From the NCBI GenBank assembly GCA_028534125.1, contig CM052832.1:18230001-18294000 (forward strand): a stretch of 64,000 nucleotides of DNA, read 5' to 3'. The notes beneath the pieces were generated by a model that made no database searches, had not been told where the DNA came from, and saw nothing but the letters and a program-made list of their open reading frames with translations. Every line of letters begins with the position of its first letter. Position 1 is the first letter of the stretch. Source of the stretch: Lama glama. Its lineage: Eukaryota. The translations under genes were made by a program, and so were the position numbers. Below, piece after piece: positions 36,789 to 49,365 of this stretch.

Positions 36789-36989
36789 CTTTTATTCTTT
36801 GTTCCTGCTCCTTTTCTGTCTGGGCTATTTCCTTTTCCTCTTTCGCTCTTTCTTTCTCCAAGAATAGAGCCTCTTTTTCCTTCTTCTGCAGCCACAGGAA
36901 ATACCCAGCCCCTGTGAGGAGCAGCAGACAGACAGGCAGGGTCCCGGCGAAGACAGCGACCCAGCGCTGGGCGCTCCTGAAGAAGGGGT
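36789..36989 (-). CDS. BTN3A3: BTN3 transmembrane/juxtamembrane exon
   Basis: 201 nt; [48 protein letters not shown]...EQRIK. Confidence 0.92.
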
Positions 36990-37533
36990 CTGCAACGAGA
37001 TCCAGCCTTAGCCTCTCACCCCTAGGGCAGGGATCCTGGACTTTATCTCCTGATGTTAAATGATCTCTCTCTTCCTAAAGTCTCAGAGAACTGTAAGAAA
37101 GACTTCAGGAAGGGCTTGTAGTTACAGTCATAACAAAATACTATTACTTGTCTTGAAAGATCTGCCTCTACCACGTGACTGTGTTACTTGAGCTTCAGAA
37201 ACACTTATTCTCTAATTAAAATTTACAATAGGTTACATTCACATGGTTCCAATGTGAAATAAAAAATATAAAACATCATCCAAGTTTCTCATCCACTCAC
37301 TCTGCCCCTCTTATTTAATTAGACTCTCATTAGTCAGCTTGATCTGGTGGTTAAGAATGTGTACTTCTGAGCTGAGGGGACTGGGTTCAAATTCTGACTC
37401 CTCCACTTGACTGGCAGTGTGCCCTTGGACTAATTACTTAATCATTCTGTTCCTGGTGTCCTAATCTATAAAATGGGGGTAATAATAGTACCTAACTCAT
37501 GGGGATAAAATATTAAATTAGTGCTTATAAAAG

Positions 37534-38099
37534 TGATACAGGAGAACTGGGGCACAAGAGGATGGCTGTGTTCCACTCAAGTCTCAGTTGAGTCCCTGGG
37601 ACATGCCCCACCAAGTGAGGCTCATTGGCTTTACACAGGAAAGAATTCAAGAGCAAGCCATAGTAGAGTAAAGGTAGATTTATTCAGAGAGAGACGTACT
37701 CTGTAGACAGAGTGCCGGCCATCTCAAAAGGCAAGAAAAAGGCCACAAGGTGCAGGGTTGTTAGTTTTCATGAGTTTGGTAACTTCGTATGCTAACAAAT
37801 GGGAGTATTATTCCAGCTACTTTGGGAGAATGGGCTGGGATTCCCAGGAATTGAGCCACCGCCCACTTTTTGACCTTTTATGGTCAGCCTCGAAACTGTC
37901 ATGGTGCCTGTGGGAGTGCCATTTACCATGCTAATATATTACAATGAGCATATAATGAAGGTCAAGGTCTACTGGAAGTCAAATCTTCTGTCATCTTGGG
38001 CCTCAAGGTCTACTGGGAGTTGAATCTTCCACTATAGTGGTGCTAATTGTTGTCTCATTCTTTTAATGGTTGTGCCCTGCCCTCTCCCCTCCTGTCTCA
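37534..38099 (-). mobile_element. Solo ERV LTR with 4-bp TSD, nested in a MIR, in BTN3 intron
   Basis: TG...CA termini with AAAG on both sides (37530-37533, 38100-38103); internal direct repeat CAAGGTCTACTGG; strand inferred from polyA signal. Confidence 0.8.
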
Positions 38100-39322
38100 A
38101 AAGGGCCTAGCACAGTGAGTGCTATGCAAGTGTATATTAAATTTAAAAATATAAATATATTTTTCTTCGTTTGTTTATGCCAAAGATAGCATTCTATACG
38201 AATTGCTCTGCATCTTGCTTATTCCGTTTACACTGTATCTTGGAAATCTTTCCACATTAGTACAGAGAGAATGGCTGTGTTTCCTTTCACAACTGGGCAA
38301 TATTCCATTGCACAAAAGTTCCCCATTAGTGGACATTTGCACAGTTGCTAACTTTTTGCTCTTATAATTAATGCTGTAAGAAATAACCTTTTACCTGGAT
38401 CATTTCCTACACATGCAAACGTATCTGTCAGATAAATTCCTAGAAGTGGGATTTTGGATCGATAAATAGGTAGTTTGGAGACTTGCCCCCAGTAGCAGTT
38501 GTACCAATTCATAACAAAAATATATCAAATTTCATGTACCAAAAAATGTCTAAGAGTGACTGTCTCTCCACAATCCTACCATCAGAATGTTTTACCAACC
38601 AGCACGGTTTTGTTTTATTTCGTTTTATTGTTAATCTCACAAGTAGAAAATGTTTTAATATACATTTCTCTATTAAGTGAGATTGGACAACCTTTGGTGT
38701 ATTTTCCTTTTCTGTGAACTAATAATTCATATCTTTTGCTTTTTTTCCCCTACTGGTTTGTTTTATATTTTAAGGAGATTAGCCCTTTCTCTAAATTATG
38801 AGTTGTACATATTTTTTGCCCCATTTTGTCATTTGTCTTTGCTTAAGGACATGATCTTTACTATTTACCCCCATTTCCATTGCCTGTCCCAGTTTCTGGC
38901 ACACAGGAAACGCTCACAAATACTTACGACAGCTTTATGGGAAAAAGAAAGATCCCTGGAGCAAGAAGAAGGCTGTGGAACCCTGCTCAATGCCTTGTTT
39001 TCACTGACAAGTCAGCACAGAGAATCACACCTCCTTCTTCTCTCTTTTTAAAATTTGTTTTTATTTTACTATATTTATTTTTATACTTTTATTCATATGG
39101 CTACACTAGATTTCAATTGGTTAATGTTTAAATTGTCATTTTTCCTAATTGTCTGTAGATTAGATTTTACATTTGTCTTCTGTAAGGCACATTTGATGGC
39201 ATTTTAAAAAACTTGACATGTAATTGACATACGATAATATATTAGTTCCAGGTGTACACATCTTTCTTCTTCCAAAAAGCACAGCTAAGCACAGTATACC
39301 TGAGGCTAAGCACAATACTGAC

Positions 39323-39626
<304 letters not shown>

Positions 39627-39732
39627 TCAATCCTTGGCAGCCTCCTATATCAGTGAGGGTCTCAACAGGAATCAGATGGCACACTCACATTAGGTAATTA
39701 AAGTAGGGTTTCATTAAGAAGCTATTCACGGT

Positions 39733-39855
39733 GGGGAGGGTATAGCTCAGTAGTTAAATGCGAGTCTAACATGCAGAAGGTCTTGGGTTCAATCCTCAGT
39801 ACCTCCAGTAAAATAAATGAATAAACCTAATTCCTAGCACCCCCCCCAAAAAAAG
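39733..39855 (+). mobile_element. tRNA-derived SINE (Vic-1-like)
   Basis: GGGGAGGGTATAGCTCAGT...GGTTCAATCCTCAGTACCTCC; imperfect TSD AGCT(A/G)TTCAC. Confidence 0.85.
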
Positions 39856-40289
39856 AGCTGTTCACAAAAGTGCAGATATGATGAGGGAAATAGAGCAAAG
39901 CCCCAGGGCCAGGAACACTGTTAGCACCCATCCCTATACCCAAAGGGAGGTGGGGAGAAAGCCAACTTAAAGACCTAAAAGGAGAGAGTCATGTATGAGA
40001 GGATCTTCATAAGAGCTGTGATCTTTGGGAAGAGCATGCAGCCAGCTAGAGGTGGTCCTGCAGAGAGAAAACCAGGAGATTGAGTACCCAGACCTCTCTC
40101 TCCTCCCTGCCTTCCACCCACCTTATGCTATGATTCTCTACTGACCAAACCCAGCCAGAACCAACCGGGCAAGAGAGTGCCCTGAGAAAGAGAAATGCAA
40201 CACTTAACATTGGACATGGACCTGGTCTTGGTGTTCTTCTGTGGAACCCAAGCAATTTCATGGAACATCAACATCAGATGGGGGCAGTT

Positions 40290-40730
40290 TGTCACCACAT
40301 CAGGTCAAGACAAAAACAAGACCAACAGTAATTGTGTTTGAACATAGAGAAAAACGCAAACACTGTTCAAAGCACAACCATGACCAAATATCCCCCTGTC
40401 CTGGCTGTGAGTGATGCTGCTCCTTTACCAATCCCTGCTTTAGCCTTACTCTAACCTTCCTCCTGGATAAGGTTTATGAAGATACCCACTCACAGAATTA
40501 CATCCTCCCCCACCTCCCTGATAGCATCCAATCTAGAGCAAAGCCCGCTTCCATAAACTTTGCCCCAAATCCCCTAACAGAAGCCCAAAGCCTGTACCAA
40601 GTCTCTCTGACAGCTTCTTCCTGAGACCCTCACGTTCCCACTTGGCATGTGCTCTCTCCCTCCTGCAACAAGGATTAAAGCCAATTGGTACAACTGCAGG
40701 TGTGTACCTGGGGGCCTTTGGTTGGAGAAC
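40290..40730 (+). mobile_element. Probable solo ERV LTR
   Basis: TG start, ATTAAA polyA-like signal, ends AACA; family not determined. Confidence 0.5.
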
Positions 40731-41127
40731 AGTGGTAGCACAGATGCTGTCCCTATGGATCAGTCTCCCCAGCATGCACCTGGAGGGACCCCAGAAGCCA
40801 TTTGGAACGCAATTGAACCCAAACAACCACACACCATCTCCAAGGAAGTATTTCCTTATCCTTCCCATCCCTGATGTTCCACTTCCCTGCTTAGACCCTG
40901 GCAGCCAGTGGGAGGGAGACATTGATATTATAGGATGCAGAAGGGGTTCTTCCTGGAGGAAGACCTGCATCTTTCACAAGGGCCTCAGAGAAACAAAGTT
41001 GGAAGGCAGTGGAGGCAGTTCCCAGTGATCAGCCAGGAATGCTGAGAGGTGGATTTGGAACGTGAACTCTGCCTCTGTCCCCGGATCCCATGGAGGAACA
41101 AGCTCAGAACAAAACCTGGAGGCTCAC

Positions 41128-41475
41128 CTGCAACCTTGAGCTCCACCAAGGCTTTTTCGTAGAAGTTGCCATCTTGGAAATAACACAGGTAGTTTCCACT
41201 GTCAGAGGCTCTGACGTTGCGAATTCGGAGAGCAACCTTCCCTGCAGTGATGTCATCTCTTAAAATTTCAGTTCTCCCTCGATACTCTGCAATCTGTCTG
41301 TCTTCTACTTCCTTCCCACCTGCGTACATGAAAACTACCTGCCTGAGGCTGGACTGCACCCACTTCAGTTCCATGGTCTCCGCGCTCATCTTTGGGGACA
41401 GGTGACAGGGCAGCTCAGCGTCTTCACCCACTATGACCAGGACGGGCCCAGGGGGTCCAATCACAGCAAACTGAG
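41128..41475 (-). CDS. BTN3A3: BTN3 IgV exon
   Basis: 348 nt open; [39 protein letters not shown]...[21 protein letters not shown]. Confidence 0.95.
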
Positions 41476-41712
41476 CTGGTCAGCAAAAGGGGGAAATTCC
41501 ATTAGAGGGAGTTGGGGCCATGATGGTAAGAGGGTGTCTCAGGCAGAAAACCCTAGAGAGGAACAGGATCCTGACAGAAGGGCATCTGTCTTAATGGCAT
41601 GTGAACCTTCAGTTTGCGCTGGGACTTCCTGGAATGAGGAGTCTAAGGTTCTGACTGGGTGCTAACAGGTAATTGTTTACTTCAGATCCATAAAAGTAGA
41701 ATCGTTCCCTAC

Positions 41713-41797
41713 CTGAGCAGGGGGTAAGCAGCTTGACCAAGACGAGGCAGACAAGGAGGTAGAGCCGAGGGGAATCTAGGGACCTGGCCGTTTTCAT
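41713..41797 (-). CDS. BTN3A3: BTN3 signal peptide exon (MKTARSLDSPRLYLLVCLVLVKLLTPCS)
   Basis: 85 nt from ATG to CAG|GTAGG; the LLTPCSA end matches BTN3A leaders. Confidence 0.88.
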
Positions 41798-43231
41798 CTG
41801 TGATGCAAACAGAGAGACACCAGAAGGAGTCAGGGAGAAACGATGAGCTGAAAAAGATGGAGAATTCGGCGTGGAAATCTCCATCTCCCCAGGGCAGTCT
41901 CGGGGCAAACACTCCATCACTAGTGTGATGACCCAAGACCCTTTTCTGCCAAAATGTCTGCTTGGGAATCTCTTCACCTTTGAGTTCCAACATGGAAAAA
42001 TCTCCCATAAAAATATGTATGTTTAGTGTACAGACAGTAACCCTAACCCACCAGGAAAATCTTTAGCTCTACTACATTAATATGTTCAGAATCCTTTCAC
42101 TTGCTCACACTTCCCCAGCTACGCCAGGTCCAAGCCTTCACCATCACACTGATTAATACAAGACCCTCTTCTCTGGGTCCCTGATTCTGCTTGTGTCCCC
42201 AGTAGTCTCAGCACAACATCCAGAACATTCCTTGAGTCACATCCGGTCACTTTTCTACTTGGCACCTTCCAGTGGCTCCCGTTTCACTCAGAGTAGATGC
42301 TGAAGTCCTTCCAATGGCCGGCGTGACCCTCCAGGACCTGGCAGTCCTCACTTCATCTCCCCTGCTCTCCCTGTCTCTGTTCCAGCCACACTGCCCTTCT
42401 TGCTGGTCCCTGAACACAGCAGGACAGAGTACCTCTACAAAGGATATTGGTCTATTTTGTTTCCTGATGTATAAGAAGCTTGTAGAACAACGTGCAGTTA
42501 ACATGGAGCCCTTAGTAAATATTTGTTGAATGAGTGAATGGTTACATATTAACCCATCAATACTCACTAGCATTTTATTTCAGTTTAGATCATCGGATGA
42601 ATTGGTTGTCATCCAATAAGAGAGGGGGTGGAGACTTTATAAAGATAAGAATTTTTCTCCATAATGACAGTGCCCTTTGGTCTGGCTTAGAGAGCAGAGC
42701 CTGGCCTCCTGTGCTCCCACTGGGACTTGCCTATATTAATGTGTTAATTTCTATTTTTCAATAAAATGGTTTCAAGGGATAAGCCCGTCCTAGATATGTA
42801 AGTATAAGAGTTGCAACTTGATGTTCCTTGGTGCACTCTTTTCACAATTGTTATTTGGGGGAGAAACATCCCTGGAAAGGAAATGAACCATGTGCTTACT
42901 AAGGCTCCTTGGCAGATGGCCTCTGGGCTCATCAGCAATGGATAATTTCCCTGTCATGGTCTTTGCACTAGTAGAGAAGTGCCTTTTAGTGGAAGAGATG
43001 CTAATACTTGCACGGAAGGGGCAAATATATTAACCTAGAAGCACACAGCAGCCCATCACAGCTCATGCCTCTATGAAGTGCTAAGGTGCTCCCAGCTCAG
43101 AGGCAGGGCGCCTGTAACTCCCCAGTCCTGGCCTAATGCTTCCAAGTGGATCTTGGCTCAAAAAAATCACCTCCATCAAATTTTAGACATGGTCTGTGGC
43201 ATCACTGACCATCTATATTTTGTTTTGTGGC

Positions 43232-43348
43232 TTTTTTTTGAGGTGGGGTAGCTAGGTTTATTTATTTACGATGGAGGTAAAGGGATGTGAACCCAGGACC
43301 TTGTGCATGTTAAGCATGCACTCTAATCACTGAGCTACACACCTCCTC
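43232..43348 (-). mobile_element. tRNA-derived SINE (Vic-1-like)
   Basis: Reverse-complement head (...CACTGAGCTACAC) with T-rich tail. Confidence 0.75.
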
Positions 43349-45812
43349 GCACTGTGATAAAGGAAGTGTGGGGCCCTTGCCAGCAAGCCAGGCTTGATTC
43401 TACCTGGAGTTCTAACTTGGCTTCCATCCCAACCACCCCAGAGTTAGTTGCATCCCTAAATAGTGGACAGCCCTAGAGTAGGATAGAGAACTCCAGACCT
43501 GGCCCTCTCCCTTCTCTCAGCATGTATTTCCTCCTTCCCAAAGATGCCAGATGGAATGGCTTGTTGACAACTGACTCAAGGTTGTGCCCAGCTGGGGAGC
43601 AACACTGCTGTCTCCTCTAGGCCCCAACCTATGGCCATCACAAGTTCAAATCACTCTCCCACCAGACTCTGGTCAAGATCTAAGCAGACTCCCTGGTGGA
43701 GGCTCTGGAGTCATCAGAGGCTGAACCTACCAATTCTTAATCCCAAGGCTAGTGAATGGGAGAGTTGGGAAGAAGATCTGGTCTCACCCATGTGTTTTCA
43801 TTCATATTCATTCAACAGATGTTGCCTGAGCACTCACTATGTGCTAGGCCCACGACGTGTTAGGTGTTGGAAATAAAAAGGGTGTGGGAAGTAAGTAATG
43901 GCACTACGATTCACAATCTCTGTGATCTCAGTCATGTGACAAAATGTATTTGCACTTCAGTTCCTTATAAAAATTGTGAAATAGGAACTTGAGAATATGC
44001 ATTATTGGCTCAGCAATTTCACTTTGAGAAATCCAGCAAAGCACTTGCAAGGATCTAGAGAGAAGCATGTGTAAGGAAGGCTCTGCAGCATTATTTTTAA
44101 AAGTGAAAAAATGATGAACAACCTAACGAGCCACTTTAACCACTAACAGGGAACTGGTTAGTTAAAGGCATGTCTGTATGAAGGAATGCAATGTGGCAAT
44201 TGAGTGATTTATAGTTGCAAACCCAGAATCAAGACATATTAAGTAAACAAAAAGCACATTGCAGAGTCTACTAAAAAACAAAAAGCAAAGCTTAAACAAA
44301 AACAAACACAAAAACAAAGCTAATCATTTGTATATACATTTTATATAATTGCCTGAAAGGAGATCTGAAGGGATACGTGCTAAACTGAGAGCTGGAGATT
44401 AAGCGAAAGACGCTTTTGCCCTTTGCCCTCTATACTTGGAAAATTATTTGGATGTTTTATGTTTTATATATTTTCAGGTTTTACTTAGCAATGAAAAATT
44501 GTTACAATAATTATGATGACTGCAATATATTAGTTGTTCAGAAAATCCCAAATCCTATAAATCAACTACACACTAGTAAAAACAAATTTAAAAAAAAAAA
44601 CCAACTCCTCACACGAATTTCCCCAAAGGAAACTAGCATGAGGCCCTCATTCATACCACCTGCTGCTGTGGCGCCTGTCCCCGGCAGGCCTGCCATATGT
44701 GGCGGGGTGAGCTGAGGAAGAGCCGCGAGCAGAAATCAGGGAATTCTTTGGAGCCCTGCCTGAAATCTGGACAAACTCTCAGGTAAAATATTGCCTTTCA
44801 CCATCTCCTCTGCTCTTCAAAACTGCTCTCTGTGCTGCTACAGAGAAGACAGTATTATTGTTATTATATATATGTAACAATTTCAACACTGTCCTCCGGG
44901 TGAGGAATGTATTTTCACTAATGTTTCACTAATAATATCTATTATTCTTTGTTCCTGAATAGAGACAACTTCAAAAATGGAGAAGAATATGAAGGAATAA
45001 AATTTAAATAATCTGCGATGGTAATCATATACTTTACTTCATGGCAATATAAATATTTTGAGGAGTATTTTGGCCATAGATATATACCAAATGCCAGAAA
45101 AAATGTTTTATGTTTTAACCCAGAAATTCCACTTGTAGAAATTCATCTTAAAGAAAAAAATTCCGGTATTAACACAAACATTTATGCTTGTGTTAAACAT
45201 TTGTGTTTGTGTTAAGACTGTTCACCACAGTAAGATCTACAATAGCAAAAAGCAGATATAGTTTAAATCACCAAATGGAATCCAGTTTTGTTACAATTAG
45301 AAATAAAAACTCTTTATTAAAAATATGATTCCTAATGACTATATGAAAATCCCTTTTGTGATTGGACAATGAGTTTTTATCTATTCTCCAACTGTTGTAT
45401 ATGTAGGTTGGTTCAGATTTTTTTTTTAATTACAGATAATTCTGTAAAGAACATCTTTACATATAAATATTTAAGGCACATCTCTTTCAGAATATCTTAG
45501 AACACATTCCCAGGGATGACTAGGTGAGATAAGAGTCCTTGGCTCCTTTCTGACCACAATAAGTTCCTAAGAACATGCAGTTGACACATTTTCTCATTGA
45601 AGGTGTCTCCTTCCCACAAATTTTCAAATTCAGGTCTTTAGCCTTTACATTGCCCTCCCACCTCCACCAGTTTACCAACCCTGCCCCCCACAGGCACAAG
45701 CACCAATCCCTTTCTCTGGGTGAGGACCTTCCTATAGGTCTACTCTCAGCTTTTCAGCCTCTCTTCCTCCAGGGCCAGTGGCCTTGGCTTTTACCAATTT
45801 CCCCCCACTTAC

Positions 45813-45960
45813 CTCTTGGCAATTCCATCTGAAAGTTACAGCCCACAGAATGAAGACAATCAATTGTTCTCCATTAGTGATAAGAGTCTCTGATCTGGAA
45901 GAAAAAAACAAAAGAAAGATGCCTGCTCACTCTGGGAAACAGTGAGTCGTTCTGTGGCAG
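45813..45960 (-). other. Probable non-coding first exon of BTN3
   Basis: Donor GAG|GTAAGT at 45813/45812, directly downstream of the X/Y module; 5' boundary approximate. Confidence 0.55.
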
Positions 45961-45973
45961 AGTTAGTTTTTGG

Positions 45974-46048
45974 ATTGGCTCCGAGGGGTGTTACTCATCA
46001 GTTGCTGGGCAGAAACCAGTGGGGAAGTTTAAAATGAAAACTGAAACT
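45974..46048 (-). promoter_or_regulatory. BTN3 promoter: ISRE, X1/X2 box and inverted Y box
   Basis: Minus strand CCCAGCAACTGATGAGTAA (46009-45991) then CCAAT (45978-45974); plus strand GAAAACTGAAACT (46036-46048) fits the IRF/ISRE consensus. Confidence 0.72.
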
Positions 46049-46739
46049 GTATTGGATTGTATATGAAGAAGAAAAATTCCAGCCTTAATTCTCACACTGT
46101 TTGTGTCACTCTGTGTTTCCCTTATTGAATCATTCATGTACATGTATGTGCATAATCAGTATTTCATTATATATACCTGTTTTATGTCTTCTAGATGAAA
46201 ATAGATTTATTTTATATCATAGTAGATTTACTGCGTAGAGAAATAAAAGATTTTAATGAGGGAAGAGAGGAAGTCATGCATTAAGTGAAATGTTTCTGTG
46301 ACTGTTTGCTGACATCTGTTTGCATGTAGATGGGCACATGATGGAGCCAACTGAAAGTATGAACAGAAAGAAAAACAGACTCGCTTCGCCTTTTTTGAGC
46401 ACCTCTGAAATTCAGGCCTCAGATCCACTACCTAATAATTGGAATTATCAGGTTTCCCAAGGCAGTGCTGTCAGTGATTGGTGGGCGTGTTTTACATTTT
46501 TGAGAAAATTCTTATTTGGAACATTACTGAGAAGCCACATTCACCCTCTGAGACTTATTTGTGCTACATTTGTATTTCATATGTATTTCTTTCTACTCTG
46601 CCAGCAGGATCATGTCTGCTCCAAAGTTTGACTCTGGAGAGTCTGTGAACACTGTTTCTGTGAGGGGTCTTTGGGACGAAGTGGTCCTACCTGTGGCTTA
46701 GAGCCTCCCAAGACAATTTATTTGCCTCTCAAGGCAGTG

Positions 46740-47239
46740 NNNNNNNNNNNNNNNNNNNNNNNNNNNNNNNNNNNNNNNNNNNNNNNNNNNNNNNNNNNNN
46801 NNNNNNNNNNNNNNNNNNNNNNNNNNNNNNNNNNNNNNNNNNNNNNNNNNNNNNNNNNNNNNNNNNNNNNNNNNNNNNNNNNNNNNNNNNNNNNNNNNNN
46901 NNNNNNNNNNNNNNNNNNNNNNNNNNNNNNNNNNNNNNNNNNNNNNNNNNNNNNNNNNNNNNNNNNNNNNNNNNNNNNNNNNNNNNNNNNNNNNNNNNNN
47001 NNNNNNNNNNNNNNNNNNNNNNNNNNNNNNNNNNNNNNNNNNNNNNNNNNNNNNNNNNNNNNNNNNNNNNNNNNNNNNNNNNNNNNNNNNNNNNNNNNNN
47101 NNNNNNNNNNNNNNNNNNNNNNNNNNNNNNNNNNNNNNNNNNNNNNNNNNNNNNNNNNNNNNNNNNNNNNNNNNNNNNNNNNNNNNNNNNNNNNNNNNNN
47201 NNNNNNNNNNNNNNNNNNNNNNNNNNNNNNNNNNNNNNN
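46740..47239. other. Assembly gap (500 N)
   Basis: Run of N of round placeholder length. Confidence 0.99.
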
Positions 47240-47289
47240 CCTGACGTCTAGTAGGTATCAGGCACTGAAGATAAAACTGGTGGCAGAGG

Positions 47290-47500
47290 TAGCATTATGG
47301 AGTGGTTAAACCATAGAATCGGAAGCCAGGTTGCCTGCGTGAACTATACTAGCTGTGTGATCTTGGACCAATTACTTAACCTCTCTGTGCCTTAGTTTTC
47401 CGATCTGTAAAATAAGGGTGATAATAGCACCTGTCTTTTGGGTTGTTGTCGTGAGGATGAAATGAGATAATTCAGGCAATTTTCTTACAACGGTGCTTCA
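47290..47500 (+). mobile_element. MIR SINE
   Basis: CTAGCTGTGTGATCTTGG..AATTACTTAACCTCTCTGTGCCTTAGTTT..ATCTGTAAAAT core. Confidence 0.8.
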
Positions 47501-48307
47501 TACAGATGAAGACATAAAAATGTATGTGCAGTAAAAGGTAAATTTGATCTTCCTTAGAATTGATAGATTGGACCATCCTTTGAGGAGTGTGAGATGCCTG
47601 GGTTTGATGCCAAAGAAATACAAAACTGAAGGGTAGGCTTCTAATCTTAACTTTAGGCGATAAGCCTGATAGATACCGATAACAAAATGTATACAGAAAC
47701 TCCTTTTGTAAAAAATAGGTAGACATGTACATAATAATAATTCAAGTCCCTTTTGTACAATTGCACTTTCAAGAACTTATCCTAATGACAAGTACAATTT
47801 GGAAATTTATTCTGTGATAGTGACCAGAGATATGCAAGACGATTTACATACAAAGATGTTTATAGTAGCATTATTTGTAACAGGGAAGAAAGAAACCCAT
47901 CCTGATTATAAATGACATTAGATTAGTAGTTAAGATTTGGTGTTAAGTAAAAGAAGCACATCATAGGACAATATATATAATCTGATTTTTATTAGAAAAA
48001 CTGTGTGTATTTGTATAAGCACAGAAAAAAGTAAAGAATATGCGCTTAACTGTTGATGAAGTAAAATAATTTCAAGGTCAGAAAATATTTAGGGGAAAGA
48101 GCAGTAAACAAATACACAAACTGGAAAAGAAATCTTGAAAAATCTGGGATGAAAAAAATGTCATTGAAAGGGCGATTGCGATTGCCCTTATAAGGAATGA
48201 TTGTCTTCTTAGAGGTGGTATGATTGCATTAGCTGTCAGAATGTTGAAGGCAGCATCAAGTTCCAGACCAGCAGGGTGACTTGGAGAAGTGGCTTTTCTC
48301 TGTGCAC

Positions 48308-48313
48308 TTTATT
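48308..48313 (-). terminator. Candidate polyadenylation signal of the third BTN-like gene
   Basis: AATAAA on minus strand about 535 nt after the stop. Confidence 0.4.
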
Positions 48314-48847
48314 TAGTCTCTCCCACAGTTATTTGTGAGTCAAAATGAAATAAAGTCCATGTATGAAAAGACTGAGGAAACAGCCAAGCCCCATTCAGAT
48401 GCAGCTTCCTGCTTTTATGCAGGCATTAACGACAAACACTGCTTGTGGGCACTGGCTTTTCTTTTCCTTCTTTTCCTTTCTTTTCTTTCCTACGGGAGCT
48501 CAATTTCATAGGTCACTCTTCGCCCTGCTAGTCTTTCTATCAGTATCTCGTCTCTGCTTTCTTTGGGGTTTCTTTTTCTCATTCCAGCTGGGATGGCAAC
48601 AGCAGACAGGCCCTCTTGACAAGATTCTGTAGGGTCACATTGCCTTTCTTGGTCCTCTGCGCCACTTAGCTCTGGAGAATTATAAACTGTCCCCAGCCTT
48701 TATCTACAGCAAAGATCAGAGGGGCTCAGCCTTCACTGCTGGCTTGGCTGGAGCCCTGGGCCCTTGTCCTCAGAAGCAGCTCCTCCACCCCAGTGCTGAG
48801 TTCTCCCCTGGACATTCAACTGAGAGAAAGTCTGGGCACAGATGGCC

Positions 48848-49365
48848 TCAGTGGCAGATGGTCAGAGGGGTTGGGTGATAGAACCAGAGGCAGAAGAAAG
48901 GCCGGAGGGGCCCAGAGAAGGAGGCCTGGGGGAAAGTGTAGATGTGGGACCCGTCAGCCCCACTATAGAAGGAGACATCCCCAGCCTCATAGTCCACGAA
49001 GATCCCCACCCGGCTCAGGGGCTCGCCCAGGGGGAGGGCGGTCCGAGGGGAGGTGAGGGCTTGATACTTATTAGCATAGAGTTCCATGGCCCAAAATCCA
49101 TTCTGAGGCGACTCTGTGATTCCCCATGTCCTTTCCACGTTTTCCTCACAAACCCCCAGCTCCCAGTAAGTCCTGTCACCCACGTCCACCTCCCAGTAGT
49201 GTCTCCCCGAAGAGAAGGACTCATGACCCAGCACACAAGGGTCAAAAAAAAACCTTCCAGTTCTCTCGGGGAGATCCTGCCACGTATTTCTCCGCCTCAC
49301 ACTCCGGTGATCTTCAGACAGAAAGAGTTCAGGGTAGGCAGTGTCTGGATCCAGAGTCACGTGAG
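48848..49365 (-). CDS. B30.2 (PRY-SPRY) exon of the third BTN-like gene
   Basis: Complete open B30.2: [22 protein letters not shown]...GRHYWEVDVGDRTYWELGVC...FWAMELYANKYQAL...VDYEAGDVSFY...RPFFCLW...LTICH*. Confidence 0.93.

Noticed and set aside
46671..47309. 212-aa ORF
   Set aside because: Mostly X; artefact of the N gap
48848..49365. Calling the third gene BTN1A1 itself
   Set aside because: Wrong side of the cluster, no Ig exons, an extra 27-nt exon, no BTN1A1 C-terminal tail and too divergent; treated as a paralogue
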